31,407 nucleotides of DNA from Thermoproteaceae archaeon (GCA_020833025.1 JAJHRB010000010.1:1-31407); one strand, 5' to 3'; shown: positions 9,677-19,161, counted from the first letter of the stretch. The notes: generated by a model not told the origin, from the sequence alone. Translations and numbers: made by a program.

Positions 9677-10411
9677 TCAGACCCTCCAGCGTCTCGCCAG
9701 AATTCCCTTCAGCGCGTCGAGGAGCATATATGCGACATCCTCGGGGCTCCTGCCCATCTTCCTCGCCAGCTCGTCTATTGCCCCCTCGACGAGCTTGCGG
9801 GCCCTCCTCCGCTCCTCGACTGCCTGCCGGACTCCGGCGCCGTACTCCACATCCCTGACCTCGCCCGTCGTCGCGAAGCGGAACTTAGAGGGGCCGGGGC
9901 CGCGGGTCCTGCCCATGTAGAGGATGGGCCTGTACCTCTCCAGGGACCACGCGCCGTCCTTGAAGTCCTCCGAGGCGAATACCGCCTCGACGCGCCCGAC
10001 TATTATGTCGTGGTCTCCTCCCACGTCAACGACCTCCCTCAGCGAGCACTCTATCACCGCGGCTGCGTCTGCGAGCGCGACCGAGGGGACCTTCCTGGCC
10101 TCTACGAGTCTCAGACCGGCCCTCTCGAGCTTGTCGGGCAGGAATCTCGACGAGGCGCTCCCGATCACGGCCAGGGCCTCCACCCTGGAGAAGTCGAGGT
10201 AATTTACCGTGAAGTGCCCGCTCTCCCTTATCAGCATGTATGTCTTGCGCTCGGGCGCTATTGCCGTGATGAGCATCGGCGGGTCGAACGACACCGCGGC
10301 GGTCCACGCCGCCGGCATAGCGCTGGCCTCGCCGCCGGCCCTTGCTGCAATCACAGGCGTCGTGGCGGGATACATCACGTAGTGGAAGTGACGCGGGTCA
10401 ACCTCCCTCAT
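9677..10411 (-). CDS. Flavin reductase-like domain protein
   Basis: AMPAAWTAAVSFDPPML, KTYMLIRESGHFTVN, IECSL...GGDHDIIVGRV. ATG at 10411, TATA-like TTATTA about 22-27 nt upstream. Confidence 0.88.
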   Translation of the reverse strand: MREVDPRHFHYVMYPATTPVIAARAGGEASAMPAAWTAAVSFDPPMLITAIAPERKTYMLIRESGHFTVNYLDFSRVEALAVIGSASSRFLPDKLERAGLRLVEARKVPSVALADAAAVIECSLREVVDVGGDHDIIVGRVEAVFASEDFKDGAWSLERYRPILYMGRTRGPGPSKFRFATTGEVRDVEYGAGVRQAVEERRRARKLVEGAIDELARKMGRSPEDVAYMLLDALKGILARRWRV

Positions 10412-10451
10412 GACGGGGGCCGGGACGTGACTAATAAGTTGTGCTGGCGCG

Positions 10452-11240
10452 CTACGTCCTGGCCTTCCTGTAGCTGTGGCCGCGCGCAGGGTCGTAGACG
10501 GCGCTGCGCGGCACTTCAGCCGGCCTGACGGACTCGCCGACAATGATCACGGAGTCTCTCGTGATGCCCTCCGCCTTTACTCTCTCGGCTATGTCGGCCA
10601 GAGTCCCCGCGACTATCTTCTCGTCAGGCCAGGACGCCTTGTAGACGACTGCCACGGGAGTCTCGGGAGGCAGGCCACCCTCCGTGAGCTCCCTCACGAC
10701 CTTGTCTATGACATGAACTCCCGTGTATATGGCCAGCACGGCGCCCATCTCTCGCGCGAACCTCGCGGCAGTCCTCAGATCCCCGCGCATTTCCACTCTT
10801 GCGGAGGCTCTCGTGATGACCACCGTCTGCACTACCTTCGGCACTGTGAGCTCAATTTTCATGGATGCGGCGGCGGCCAGTGCAGCGGTGACGCCGGGCA
10901 CTATCTCGAACGGGATTCCAAGCCGCTGTAGCGGCATTACCTCCTCCCACAGCGCGCCGTAAATGCTGGGATCGCCTGACTTTAGCCTCACGACGAGCTT
11001 CCCCTCTATAGCCTTCCTAACCATAATATCGACGATCTCCTCTGTCGTCATGGTCGCGCTATTATATATCTCGACCTCCGGCTTTGCGTATTTCAAAATG
11101 TCCGGGCTCACAAGAGAGCCCGCGTATATAATCACGTCGGCCTGCTGCAAGTACTTCATCCCCCTCACGGTTATCAGCTCTGGATCGCCGGGGCCTGCGC
11201 CGACGAAGACCACCTTTCCGAGCTTGGCCACCGCCGCCAT
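10452..11240 (-). CDS. cbiF: Cobalt-precorrin-4 C11-methyltransferase
   Basis: FVGAGPGDPELITV, YAGSLV, VRLKSGDPSIYGA, IVPGVTA, ELTVPKVVQTVVITR, PVAVVYKASWPDE. Confidence 0.93.
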   Translation of the reverse strand: MAAVAKLGKVVFVGAGPGDPELITVRGMKYLQQADVIIYAGSLVSPDILKYAKPEVEIYNSATMTTEEIVDIMVRKAIEGKLVVRLKSGDPSIYGALWEEVMPLQRLGIPFEIVPGVTAALAAAASMKIELTVPKVVQTVVITRASARVEMRGDLRTAARFAREMGAVLAIYTGVHVIDKVVRELTEGGLPPETPVAVVYKASWPDEKIVAGTLADIAERVKAEGITRDSVIIVGESVRPAEVPRSAVYDPARGHSYRKART

Positions 11241-11478
11241 TGCGTTGCACGCGCGCCGGCATTTATTACTTTACTTTCAACCGTCCCTCTGAGGTTCCAG
11301 GCCCTCTGGCGCTTCCCTGCACGACCCTCAGGGGCATTCCGGCCGCGGCTGGAGCTCCATCGCGATCTGCGCCCGGGCCTCGCTGGAGGGGGCCGCGGCA
11401 GAGGTAATTGAAAAATTAACGAGGGGCGGGGGTTTCGAATGAGGAAGTGAGGCGATGAATTCGGCGCTCTCTCCTGCG

Positions 11479-12132
11479 TTATCGATTAAAGGGGGCCGGT
11501 GCCGGCTCGCGATTCCGCCAGATGTAGACCACCGTGAAGTAGTCGCGCCATGAGATCTCCCTGGCAACCGCGCCGCCCTCCATGTAGCACCTCTTCACCG
11601 CCACGCCGTCGAACTTCTTCAGGAGCTCGTTCAGGAGGTCTATATTTGTGTTTGCCTTGATCGCGACGACCACGTCAAAGAGCTTGAGGGCCGCCTCTAG
11701 CAAGTCTCGCCTTGACGCCGGAACTATCGCCACGGCCTGATCTCGCGAGACTAAGACGCGCCCGGCGTACTGGGCGCATGCGATTATTGAGGAGACCCCT
11801 GGCACGAACTCCACTGGCGACTTTATGTAGGGGAGGAGCCTGGCGAAAGTGCTGTAAAGGGCCGGGTCCCCCAGCTGCGCGTACACCGCGTCCCCCGCTC
11901 TCTCAAGCTTGGAGGCAATGTCTCTCAGCAGGCTCTCAGCGGCAGCGCCCATGGGAAACTCCACAGTCACGACATCGGCGCTCGTGTACGCGCGGACGAT
12001 GCGCTCGGCTAGGCTTCTCTCAGACCGCGAGGACGCCGGCACGTAAACCATGCTGGCATTTCGCAAGATCTCAACGGCCCTGACAGTCACAAGCGAAGGA
12101 TTGCCGGGTCCCAGGCCGACAACCCTGATCAT
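11479..12132 (-). CDS. cbiL: Cobalt-precorrin-2 C20-methyltransferase
   Basis: VGLGPGNPSLVTVRAV, EFPM, YAQLGDPALYSTF, FVPGVSS and C-terminal YFTVV. ATG at 12132. Confidence 0.88.
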   Translation of the reverse strand: MIRVVGLGPGNPSLVTVRAVEILRNASMVYVPASSRSERSLAERIVRAYTSADVVTVEFPMGAAAESLLRDIASKLERAGDAVYAQLGDPALYSTFARLLPYIKSPVEFVPGVSSIIACAQYAGRVLVSRDQAVAIVPASRRDLLEAALKLFDVVVAIKANTNIDLLNELLKKFDGVAVKRCYMEGGAVAREISWRDYFTVVYIWRNREPAPAPFNR

Positions 12133-12270
12133 AGCATTCCCCTGCCGGCGGTATTTTTCAATAACTTGTAGGCGTTCTCCGCCAGCAGGTCTGGGCCCGG
12201 GCGCTGGATCGCCGCGCTGCACGGCGGGTCGCGGGAGGGCGCCACGCCGCTCCGGCGCGTGAGAGCGCAG

Positions 12271-12858
12271 CTACGTTGAATTTTTGCGGGTCTCTCGCAG
12301 CCTCACCGTCACGACATAAACTGGGCTCAGGGGGCTCAGCAGCGTGTAGCCGCCCGCTCGCTTTCCCCTAGCCACTTGCACGAGCACGACCTCGTAATCC
12401 AGCTCCTCCAGCGCCGGGATTAGTGCCGCGAGGCTCTCCAGCGCCGTCACGCTTAGCACAATCCTGCCGCCCGGCTCGACGAGTCTCGCGACCTCTGGCA
12501 CTATTTTCGGCAGGCCCCTCCCGCCGCCCCCTATAAAGGCCGATGTGAACCTGGTGTGTCTGGGCAGGTCGCGGGGCGCCTCACCCAGCACGACGCGAAT
12601 TCTGTCGAGCACGCCAAACTTCTCGGCATTTCTCCTCGTGAGCTCAACTGCCTTCGGGTTCTTGTCCATTGCGTACACTCTCGCGCCCATCAGCGCGGCC
12701 TCTACGGAGACGCTGCCAGTCCCGCAGCCCACGTCGAGCACTACATCGCCTGGCCTCACCTTCAGTTTTGAGAGCACTATTACTCTGACCTCCTCCCTCG
12801 TTATGGGGATCTCGGGATCCCTGATGAACTCCTCGTCTGGTATGCCGGGCGCCCTCAT
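12271..12858 (-). CDS. cbiT: Cobalt-precorrin-6B C15-methyltransferase (decarboxylating)
   Basis: PGIPDEEF, PITREEVR, DVGCGTGSVSVE, FIGGGG, LLSPLSPVYV. Confidence 0.93.
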   Translation of the reverse strand: MRAPGIPDEEFIRDPEIPITREEVRVIVLSKLKVRPGDVVLDVGCGTGSVSVEAALMGARVYAMDKNPKAVELTRRNAEKFGVLDRIRVVLGEAPRDLPRHTRFTSAFIGGGGRGLPKIVPEVARLVEPGGRIVLSVTALESLAALIPALEELDYEVVLVQVARGKRAGGYTLLSPLSPVYVVTVRLRETRKNST

Positions 12859-13880
12859 GCCTCGGCCACACGTCTGCCGCCCTCGTCATATACAACTACG
12901 CGCACGTCCCTTTTCGCGAACCTCACGAGCCTCTCCTTAGCCCGCCTGGCAATGGCGGACAGAACGACGTCTCGATAGCCTCCCAGGTGGTAAAGCGCCT
13001 CCGCGACGCTCCCAGCGCCGAGGACCCTCGCTACCACCTCGGGGGGAACTCCGGCAGCAAGCGCGCAGTAGGTCAGCGTCTCAAGCCGCGCGTCGCAGTA
13101 CTTGCTGTGCGTGTTCATAGCGCCCGCGGCAACCTTGACAAGCTTGCCCGGCAGGCCCGCCACGGTCACCGCCTCGAAGCCCATTCTTACCGCCATCTTG
13201 ACGGCAGCGCCTATCCAGTCTCCCACCTTGACTACCGCGTCGCCAAAGTCCCTCCTTGCGTACTGCACTGCCTTGTTGCCCACGGCAAGGACGGCCGCGC
13301 GGGAGACCGCGCGGACGGCCTCAAGCTCTGTCTTGATGTGCTTTACGTACTCCTTGCTGCTGGACGGGAACTCTATCCCCGTGGTTCCCAGAATAGAAAT
13401 CCCGCCGACAATCCCCACGTCCTTGTTCATCGTGAGCTCTGCCAGCCTCTCGCCGCCCGGGACCTCAATTAGCACTGTCCCCTCGGCAAGTCCGGCCTCT
13501 CTGAGGGCCTCTGTTATCATCAGCCTCGGGACTGGGTTTATCGCGCACTCGCCGGGTGGAACGGAAAGGCCGGGCCTTGTCACGATGCCGACCCCCTCGC
13601 CGCACGTGATTTTAAGGCCCCCGGAGCCAGGCTTGACGCACGCTCTCACAAGCGCGCCGTTGAGAACGTCGGGATTGTCGCCAGAGAACTTTCTCACCTC
13701 GCCGCAGCACCACTCGCCGCTCTTGTACACGCGCTCCACGAGAATCTCGAGCCTAAGCCCCACCGGCGTTGGTATGGTCACGCTCCGCGGGGCCTCGCCC
13801 CTGAAGCAGAGCGCTGCGGCCTTTGCGGCAGCCGCGGCCGCGGCGCCTGTGGTTATCCCGAGACGCCTAAGGGTAAGCAT
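12855..13880 (-). CDS. cbiD: Cobalt-precorrin-5B C1-methyltransferase
   Basis: GITTGAAAAAAAKAA, KFSGDNPDVLNG, GEGVGIVTRPGL, AINPVPR, GIVGGISILGTTGI, GKLVKVAAG..NTHS. Confidence 0.95.
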   Translation of the reverse strand: MLTLRRLGITTGAAAAAAAKAAALCFRGEAPRSVTIPTPVGLRLEILVERVYKSGEWCCGEVRKFSGDNPDVLNGALVRACVKPGSGGLKITCGEGVGIVTRPGLSVPPGECAINPVPRLMITEALREAGLAEGTVLIEVPGGERLAELTMNKDVGIVGGISILGTTGIEFPSSSKEYVKHIKTELEAVRAVSRAAVLAVGNKAVQYARRDFGDAVVKVGDWIGAAVKMAVRMGFEAVTVAGLPGKLVKVAAGAMNTHSKYCDARLETLTYCALAAGVPPEVVARVLGAGSVAEALYHLGGYRDVVLSAIARRAKERLVRFAKRDVRVVVYDEGGRRVAEA

Positions 13881-14607
13881 ACTTCCTATGGTACCCCCGC
13901 GGCGTTATCATGAAGCCGCGCCACACGTACGTCTCGCTGTTGCCAACAATTATGATTGTGCGCATGTCCACAGAGCTCGCATCGACGTGGTCTAACGTGG
14001 TTATAACGACTCGCTGGCCCGCGCGGTACGCGTCTTTCACTATCCCGACGGGCGTGCCGCCCCCGCGAGCCCGCCGCAGCACTTCTAAGACCTCTCTCAG
14101 CAGCCGCCCGTCTACTGGGTTGTAAAGCGCCAGCACGAAGTCCCCAGCTGCCGCGAGCCGGACTCTCTGCAAGATGGCGTCTGGGGGCGTGAGGAGCGGG
14201 CTTAAGTTCACGACGGCGAAGTCGGACCCCAGAGGGGCGCCGAGAAGGGCCCCCGCGGCCAGCGCGGCCGTGACGCCGGGAACAACCCTTATGGGCACCT
14301 GCTCGTCCAGCCTGCTCGCGAGCTCCAGGACGAGGGGCGCCATGCCGAAGACCTCCGGGTCTCCGTCGCTAACGACAGCGACGCGCCTGCCCTCTCTCGC
14401 CAGCTCGATCGCCGCCCTTGCCCTGCGCAGCTCCTCCCGCATGCCTGCTGAGATAACCTCCTTCCCGTCCAGCAGGTCGGAGATGAGCTCTATGTAGGTC
14501 CTGTAGCCTATCACGACGTCGGCGCTCCTAATTGCCTCCACCGCCTCCGGAGTTCTGAGCCGCGGGCTCCCGGGCCCAAAGCCAACGACATACACCTCAC
14601 CCGCCAT
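13867..14607 (-). CDS. cbiH: Cobalt-precorrin-3 C17-methyltransferase
   Basis: VVGFGPG, VIGYRTY, VSDGDPEVFGMA, DFAVVNLS, DFVLALYNP, VDMRTIIIVGNS..TPRGY. Confidence 0.93.
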   Translation of the reverse strand: MAGEVYVVGFGPGSPRLRTPEAVEAIRSADVVIGYRTYIELISDLLDGKEVISAGMREELRRARAAIELAREGRRVAVVSDGDPEVFGMAPLVLELASRLDEQVPIRVVPGVTAALAAGALLGAPLGSDFAVVNLSPLLTPPDAILQRVRLAAAGDFVLALYNPVDGRLLREVLEVLRRARGGGTPVGIVKDAYRAGQRVVITTLDHVDASSVDMRTIIIVGNSETYVWRGFMITPRGYHRKYAYP

Positions 14608-15559
14608 GAATTATTCTGACGAGCTCGTTAAAGATCGCAGCGGCGACTCCCGACCCCCCGTACGTCCCCGCGATGACAGCTGACGGCACCCTGCACTTCC
14701 CGAGGAACTCCTCCTTAACCCTAGCAGCGTTGACAAAGCCCACGGGGGCTGCGATGACGTAGGGAAGCTCCCCGCCCTCTAGGCAGAACTCTAGGACTGC
14801 GAGAAGCGCGGTGGGAGCGTTTCCCACCACAACGCCCGCGGCCCCGCGCCTTCTCAGCGCGCACAGCATCCCCGCGCGCGACCTCGTGCTCCCCCGAGCT
14901 GCGTCCGCGCAGTCCAGCGCAACGTGAATTAAGTCCCGCCGGTATCTCAGGCCCGCCGCGACCATGTGCGTGTCAGCGACGACGGGCCCCCCGAACCACT
15001 CACTGAAGGCCTCGAGCAAGTCGTCCGAAACTCTAAGCGCCCTGGCGACCTCAAGGTTTCCCGAAGCGTAGGCAGCGCGGGCCCTAAGCCTGTCCCTCCA
15101 GTCAGACATGTTGAGGCCCAGCGCTCTGGCAATGGCGCTGAGGGACTCCGACTCGATCTCCTCCGGGTCCTCGAGCGCGGCGGGCGCGCTCCCGCCGAGT
15201 GCGGCCTGAACCCGCGCCCTCAGCGCCTGATATACGAGGGGGGATTCTCCCAGCGGCTGCGTCACGTAAACAAGACGCCCAAACCTGCTCATCTGCCACC
15301 TGCCCGCCTCAACGCCCAGCTCGCCCAGGATGTCCCGGCACACGTGATTGCCCGAGCCCAGGAATGCCAGGGCGATCACGACGGGGCCGTCGCCGTCTCG
15401 CATGAGATCCCGCCAGTTTGGCTCCGAGTACTCATTATAGCCAACTCTCACAGGCACGCCCAAGTCCTCCTGAAGCCGGCGCGCCAGCCTCTCCATTAGC
15501 GCGTTAAACTCGCCGCGCCGGGAGCCATGGCTCACCAGTATCACCTCTCTCGCCCTCAC
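14597..15559 (-). CDS. cbiX/cbiC: CbiX (sirohydrochlorin cobaltochelatase) - CbiC (precorrin-8X methylmutase) fusion
   Basis: N-terminal SHGSR...GYNEYSEP...GNHVCRDI (CbiX). C-terminal D..MVAAG, TRS, VVGNAPTAL, PVGFV, GGSGVAAA (CbiC). Confidence 0.9.
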   Translation of the reverse strand: MRAREVILVSHGSRRGEFNALMERLARRLQEDLGVPVRVGYNEYSEPNWRDLMRDGDGPVVIALAFLGSGNHVCRDILGELGVEAGRWQMSRFGRLVYVTQPLGESPLVYQALRARVQAALGGSAPAALEDPEEIESESLSAIARALGLNMSDWRDRLRARAAYASGNLEVARALRVSDDLLEAFSEWFGGPVVADTHMVAAGLRYRRDLIHVALDCADAARGSTRSRAGMLCALRRRGAAGVVVGNAPTALLAVLEFCLEGGELPYVIAAPVGFVNAARVKEEFLGKCRVPSAVIAGTYGGSGVAAAIFNELVRIIHGG

Positions 15560-15719
15560 GCGCCGGGGTGCCGGAGTTCATTTATAGAGTTGCGCGGGCG
15601 CGGCCGGCGCGCATTTCATCTGCCGCGCCATTATCGTGACCGAATTTGGACACGCAATATTTAAGCTTTTCCCAGCCGGCGGGGCCGGCGAGCTTTAAAC
15701 TGCCGGCCGCACGCGCGGC

Positions 15720-16358
15720 GTGCTCTACGTGGTGGGCGTGGGGCCCGGCGACCCTGAGTACCTCACCGTGAAGGCGCTGAAAGCCCTCGAGAGGTGCAGG
15801 GCGGTTGCCGGGTGGCCCAGCGTGCTGGGGAGGCTGCCCCTGGAGGGCAAGGAGGTCGTCGCGCTCTCATACCAGAATCAAGAGGCAGAGCTGAAGAGGC
15901 TGGCGGCACTCTCCCTAAGCGCAGACGTCTGCCTCGCCGTTCACGGCGACCCGGCCGTTTCGGACTGGGAGTTGATGGAAAGAGTGAGGGCGCTGGGCGT
16001 GCCGCTCGAGATCATAAGCGGGGTGTCTTCTGTAAATGTCGCGCTGGCAAGAGCGGGACTGGACCTGGCGCGCGTCGTAGTGGTGTCGCAGCACGCGAGA
16101 GAGCCCCAGCCCCTCCCGCCGCCTGAGTGCAGCCGCGACCTGGTAGTGATACCCCCGCCCGACGTCGAGGCTGTGAGGCGGGTGGCGCTCGAGCTGAGAA
16201 GCCGCGGGTGCGACGTGTGGCTCATGGAGGACTTGACACTGCCGACAGAAAGCGTGAGGCGTGTGGAGGGCCTGGGCGACACGAGGCCCGCCTCAAGCCT
16301 GGTGATACTGGTCGGGAAGTGTGCGCATGCCTTGAGACAGCGCGCCGAAGGCAGGTGA
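15720..16358 (+). CDS. cbiE: Cobalt-precorrin-7 C5-methyltransferase
   Basis: VVGVGPGDPEYLT, HGDPAVS, IISGVSS, EDLTLPTE. Divergent from cbiX, with TTTAAA about 22-26 nt upstream. Confidence 0.85.
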   Translation: MLYVVGVGPGDPEYLTVKALKALERCRAVAGWPSVLGRLPLEGKEVVALSYQNQEAELKRLAALSLSADVCLAVHGDPAVSDWELMERVRALGVPLEIISGVSSVNVALARAGLDLARVVVVSQHAREPQPLPPPECSRDLVVIPPPDVEAVRRVALELRSRGCDVWLMEDLTLPTESVRRVEGLGDTRPASSLVILVGKCAHALRQRAEGR

Positions 16359-16368
16359 CTGCCCGCGG

Positions 16369-16816
16369 CTACCTCTCGATAAGGAGCTCGGCCTCAGAGG
16401 CTGCTGCGTACAGCGCATCTAGCTCGCTCTCCTCGGGCTTCCAGTACCCCCGCTGATATGCCTCGTACAGCATGTCGGCTATGTGCTTGAGCGCCCACGG
16501 GTTTTGCTGCTTGATTCTCTCTTTAACGCTACCCGTCAGGTACCCCCTTAACAGCTCGTGCCAGACCCAGTCCTCGACGTCGCCCATCGTGGCTTACAGT
16601 CCGAAGAGGTTGTCCACTTTCTCGGCTATTTGCAGGATGCCGGAGTAGCCATGCTTCAGCATCTCCTCAATCCACTTGGGGTTCAGAAGCCGGGCGATCA
16701 CGCCTCTCTTAGTTGCAACTCTGTTGTCGACGACCCCTAGCAGCTCTCCAGCGACGTCCACCCAGAGATCTGCGCTTGCGCACGTAGTTCATCTCAGGCG
16801 GCTCGTCTAGCTGCAT
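16369..16816 (-). pseudogene. cobN: cobN (CobN/Mg-chelatase H family) remnant
   Basis: Fragment MQLDEPPEMNYVRK is joined out of frame to ARLLNPKWIEEMLKHGYSG...DNLFGL*ATMGDVEDWVW...NPWAL...RGYW. In-frame TAA at 16594-16596. Only about 450 bp of a normally >3 kb gene. Confidence 0.88.
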
Positions 16817-16908
16817 AACGACCGTCGCAGGGGGCGACCGGAAAAGCGTGTGCACGACTTAAAGCCGGCTGCACACCCCGCAATATAAATTTTGTGCCGG
16901 TAAGCGCG

Positions 16909-17880
16909 TCACACGGCGGCAGCAACGGAGACGGTAACGCAGCCGAAGACCCTCTTCCTGTACAGCAGGTAGGAGCCAGGCCCTGCCGCCGTGAGGGCAG
17001 CGGGCTCCGCCACGCCCGGGAGGCCCGAGACCTCAAGTGCCTTTCTGCTCGCCGGCGACAGGCACTCCCAGTCCACTCTCAGCTCCTCGGGCTTGAAAAC
17101 CGCCGCGGGCAGGCCCAACGCCCTCGCCGCCTCGGCCGCCTCAGGCTTGATAGACGTCACCGCGCCCACCGCAGAGAGATCCGCGCCCAGGTCCTCCAGC
17201 GCCTTGCGCACCGCCTCTACGAGCTCGCCCACGCTGGCTGTGGAGGTGAAGCCAAGGCCCACGTAAAGGCGCAGGGGCCTGCAGCAAACCTCCCCCTCCC
17301 GGCACTCGCGAGCCCTCCTAATGACGGTCTCGCAGCCCTCGCCGGGTCTGTAGCCGGGCGGCGCCTCCTCCACGCCCGCAACGCAAACCTCCCTGCCGTC
17401 CCTCAGCGCTGCGGCAACTCGCAGCCTGTCCTCCCGCGACATCTTGCACAGCAGCGCCCTCTCGAGCTCCTCGGGCGGCAGCGCGCCTGCCGCCTCTGCG
17501 GCCGTGGTTATAACTGCAGTGCCCCCCACGGCGGACGCCAGCTCCTCGGCGAGCTTGTTTGCACCTCTGTGGGCGCCGACAAGCGGTATGAAGAACCTGC
17601 CCTCTCTGTCCACCACGACTACCGGCGGGTCCACCTCCTTGCCCCTAAGGAGGGGGCACAGGAGGCGCACGGCGCCCCCGACGGCCCCGGCGAAGATGAC
17701 GGCGTCGTAACACCTAAGCGCCCTTGCCAGGTCCCCGACCGGCAGCACGTGGGCGGGGACGCCGGAAAGTTCCAGCACTCCCTTAATCCGGCTGACGACG
17801 GGCGGGGCCTCCCCGGTGTGCACGATAGCCACGCCCCTCCACGCAGTCTCCAGGAACGGGCGCCGCCAGGCCCGCGGCAC
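16909..17880 (-). CDS. cbiG: Cobalt-precorrin-5A hydrolase
   Basis: GAVGGAVRLL, DPPVVVVDREGRFFIPLVGAHRGAN, AVITTA, LYVGLG, GVAEPAAL. Confidence 0.93.
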   Translation of the reverse strand: MPRAWRRPFLETAWRGVAIVHTGEAPPVVSRIKGVLELSGVPAHVLPVGDLARALRCYDAVIFAGAVGGAVRLLCPLLRGKEVDPPVVVVDREGRFFIPLVGAHRGANKLAEELASAVGGTAVITTAAEAAGALPPEELERALLCKMSREDRLRVAAALRDGREVCVAGVEEAPPGYRPGEGCETVIRRARECREGEVCCRPLRLYVGLGFTSTASVGELVEAVRKALEDLGADLSAVGAVTSIKPEAAEAARALGLPAAVFKPEELRVDWECLSPASRKALEVSGLPGVAEPAALTAAGPGSYLLYRKRVFGCVTVSVAAAV

Positions 17881-17881
17881 G

Positions 17882-18496
17882 CTACAGCCTCCTTATCGGC
17901 ATTAGCGCCCTGGCGCCCACGGACATAACGAACCAGAAGAGAGCCCACGACGCCAGCGACAGCCCCTGAAGCGCCCTCAGCTCGGGCAGTAGATCGCGGT
18001 ACCTCTCAGGGATGGTGAAGCTCGGGAATGCCGCGAATCCCAGCGCCAGCAAGGCCGCCGCCGTTGCCGTCCTGAGGGACAGGAAGCTAGCAGGGCGCGC
18101 AAGCAGCAGAGCCAGCATGTTGTAGAGCAGGTACAGGGCATAGACGGCCTCGCGCCACCAGACCGGTTCCTCGTAGCTTATGCCGTGCGGCGTGGGCAGC
18201 CACTTGAGAGTCGGCATGAGCGAGTAGCCCACGAACATCAAGATTGCGGCGCGGGCCGGCTCCACGCGCCTCGTGATGAAATTGAAGATAACGCCGATAG
18301 AGGCGCCGTAGAGCGCGGCGGCAGCGTACATGGCCCAGCACGCTGCTTCCTCCTCCGCGCCCGCAGTAAATTTTTCGTGCAGGCTCTCTGCCATGGGCGC
18401 GGCAAACTGGAGCTGGAAAGTTGTCTGGAGGGCTGCCGCAACGATCCCGATGGCCGCGTAGCCCAACGGGCCCCTCAATATGTCTTTCAGTGGCAC
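17882..18496 (-). CDS. cbtA: Predicted cobalt transporter subunit CbtA
   Basis: Membrane protein with P.LKW.PTPHG and WWRE...Y motifs, directly downstream of a CbtB-like gene. Confidence 0.8.
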   Translation of the reverse strand: MPLKDILRGPLGYAAIGIVAAALQTTFQLQFAAPMAESLHEKFTAGAEEEAACWAMYAAAALYGASIGVIFNFITRRVEPARAAILMFVGYSLMPTLKWLPTPHGISYEEPVWWREAVYALYLLYNMLALLLARPASFLSLRTATAAALLALGFAAFPSFTIPERYRDLLPELRALQGLSLASWALFWFVMSVGARALMPIRRL

Positions 18497-18717
18497 GGTA
18501 TGCCCAGGAGGTGGCGCAACTCGTGGATGGCGTTGTACACGGCCTGCGGCAACAGAGCTTGAAGCGCCCCGCCTAGCACGTGATCCAGCAGGGCTGGAAT
18601 TGTAAAGAGAGCCAGCCCGGCCGCGGCAGCTGCAAGCGAGAGTTTCTGGAGCAGAGCCGCCCGCCGCTCTCTGACAAGGAGCTCCAGCGCTGTTTGTTGA
18701 GCTTTGCGGAACCTCAT
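18487..18717 (-). CDS. cbtB: Predicted cobalt transporter subunit CbtB
   Basis: Single TM segment followed by [16 protein letters not shown], the CbtB H..RH..G.PCH signature. TTAAATA about 22-28 nt upstream, so probably leaderless. Confidence 0.88.
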   Translation of the reverse strand: MRFRKAQQTALELLVRERRAALLQKLSLAAAAAGLALFTIPALLDHVLGGALQALLPQAVYNAIHELRHLLGIPCH

Positions 18718-18976
18718 AAGTGCGGGACAGCTATCCCTTATTTAAGCATAACTCCCCAAGCAGGCTCTTCAGAGCCAGAAAGCCGCCAGCTCTTGGATCT
18801 CCGATTGCTTCCGGGCGGCTCCGGGGCCCAGTCGGATTGCAGGGGCGGCTGCCGCGTGCCAAGAGTGTCTATTGCTTGCGAGAGATGGCGCTTTCCGCCC
18901 TGCCCCTGTACCGGCGCAGTCCAGCCCCCTGCTGTCACACTGCCCCGTGACAGCTCGCCGCAGGGGTGGCGCGCCC

Positions 18977-18997
18977 GTATTTGCACGCTTCAAATAC
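18977..18997. promoter_or_regulatory. Operator-like palindrome GTATTTG-N7-CAAATAC
   Basis: Perfect 7-7-7 inverted repeat next to TATATT (19001-19006) in the cbtB-rpl22 intergenic region. Confidence 0.35.
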
Positions 18998-19161
18998 ACT
19001 ATATTCTCCTCTCCGCGCTGGTAGCCCGCACGCGCCCTTCCGGCCAGGCTCCCCGCCTGGGAGGCAGTCCCGGATCCCTCCAGCTGCGGTCTGCAGTACG
19101 CTTGACGGCCTCGAGGGCCGCGCGGAGAAATGACTTAAGTAGGGCAAAACTGCCCACTACA

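Noticed and set aside
11281-11470. Small gene or operator between cbiF and cbiL
   Set aside because: Only a short startless frame and an A/T patch resembling ordinary promoter sequence.
18750-19000. Cobalamin riboswitch upstream of cbtB
   Set aside because: The B12-box-like GAGCCAGAAAGCCGCC (about 18772-18787) is on the wrong strand and in the wrong order. A TATA box 22-28 nt before the cbtB ATG implies a leaderless mRNA.
19040-19075. SRP helix 8-like CCAGGC...GGGAGGCAG
   Set aside because: It folds as a simple ccaggc/gcctgg hairpin and lacks the AGCA symmetric loop and GNRA apex.
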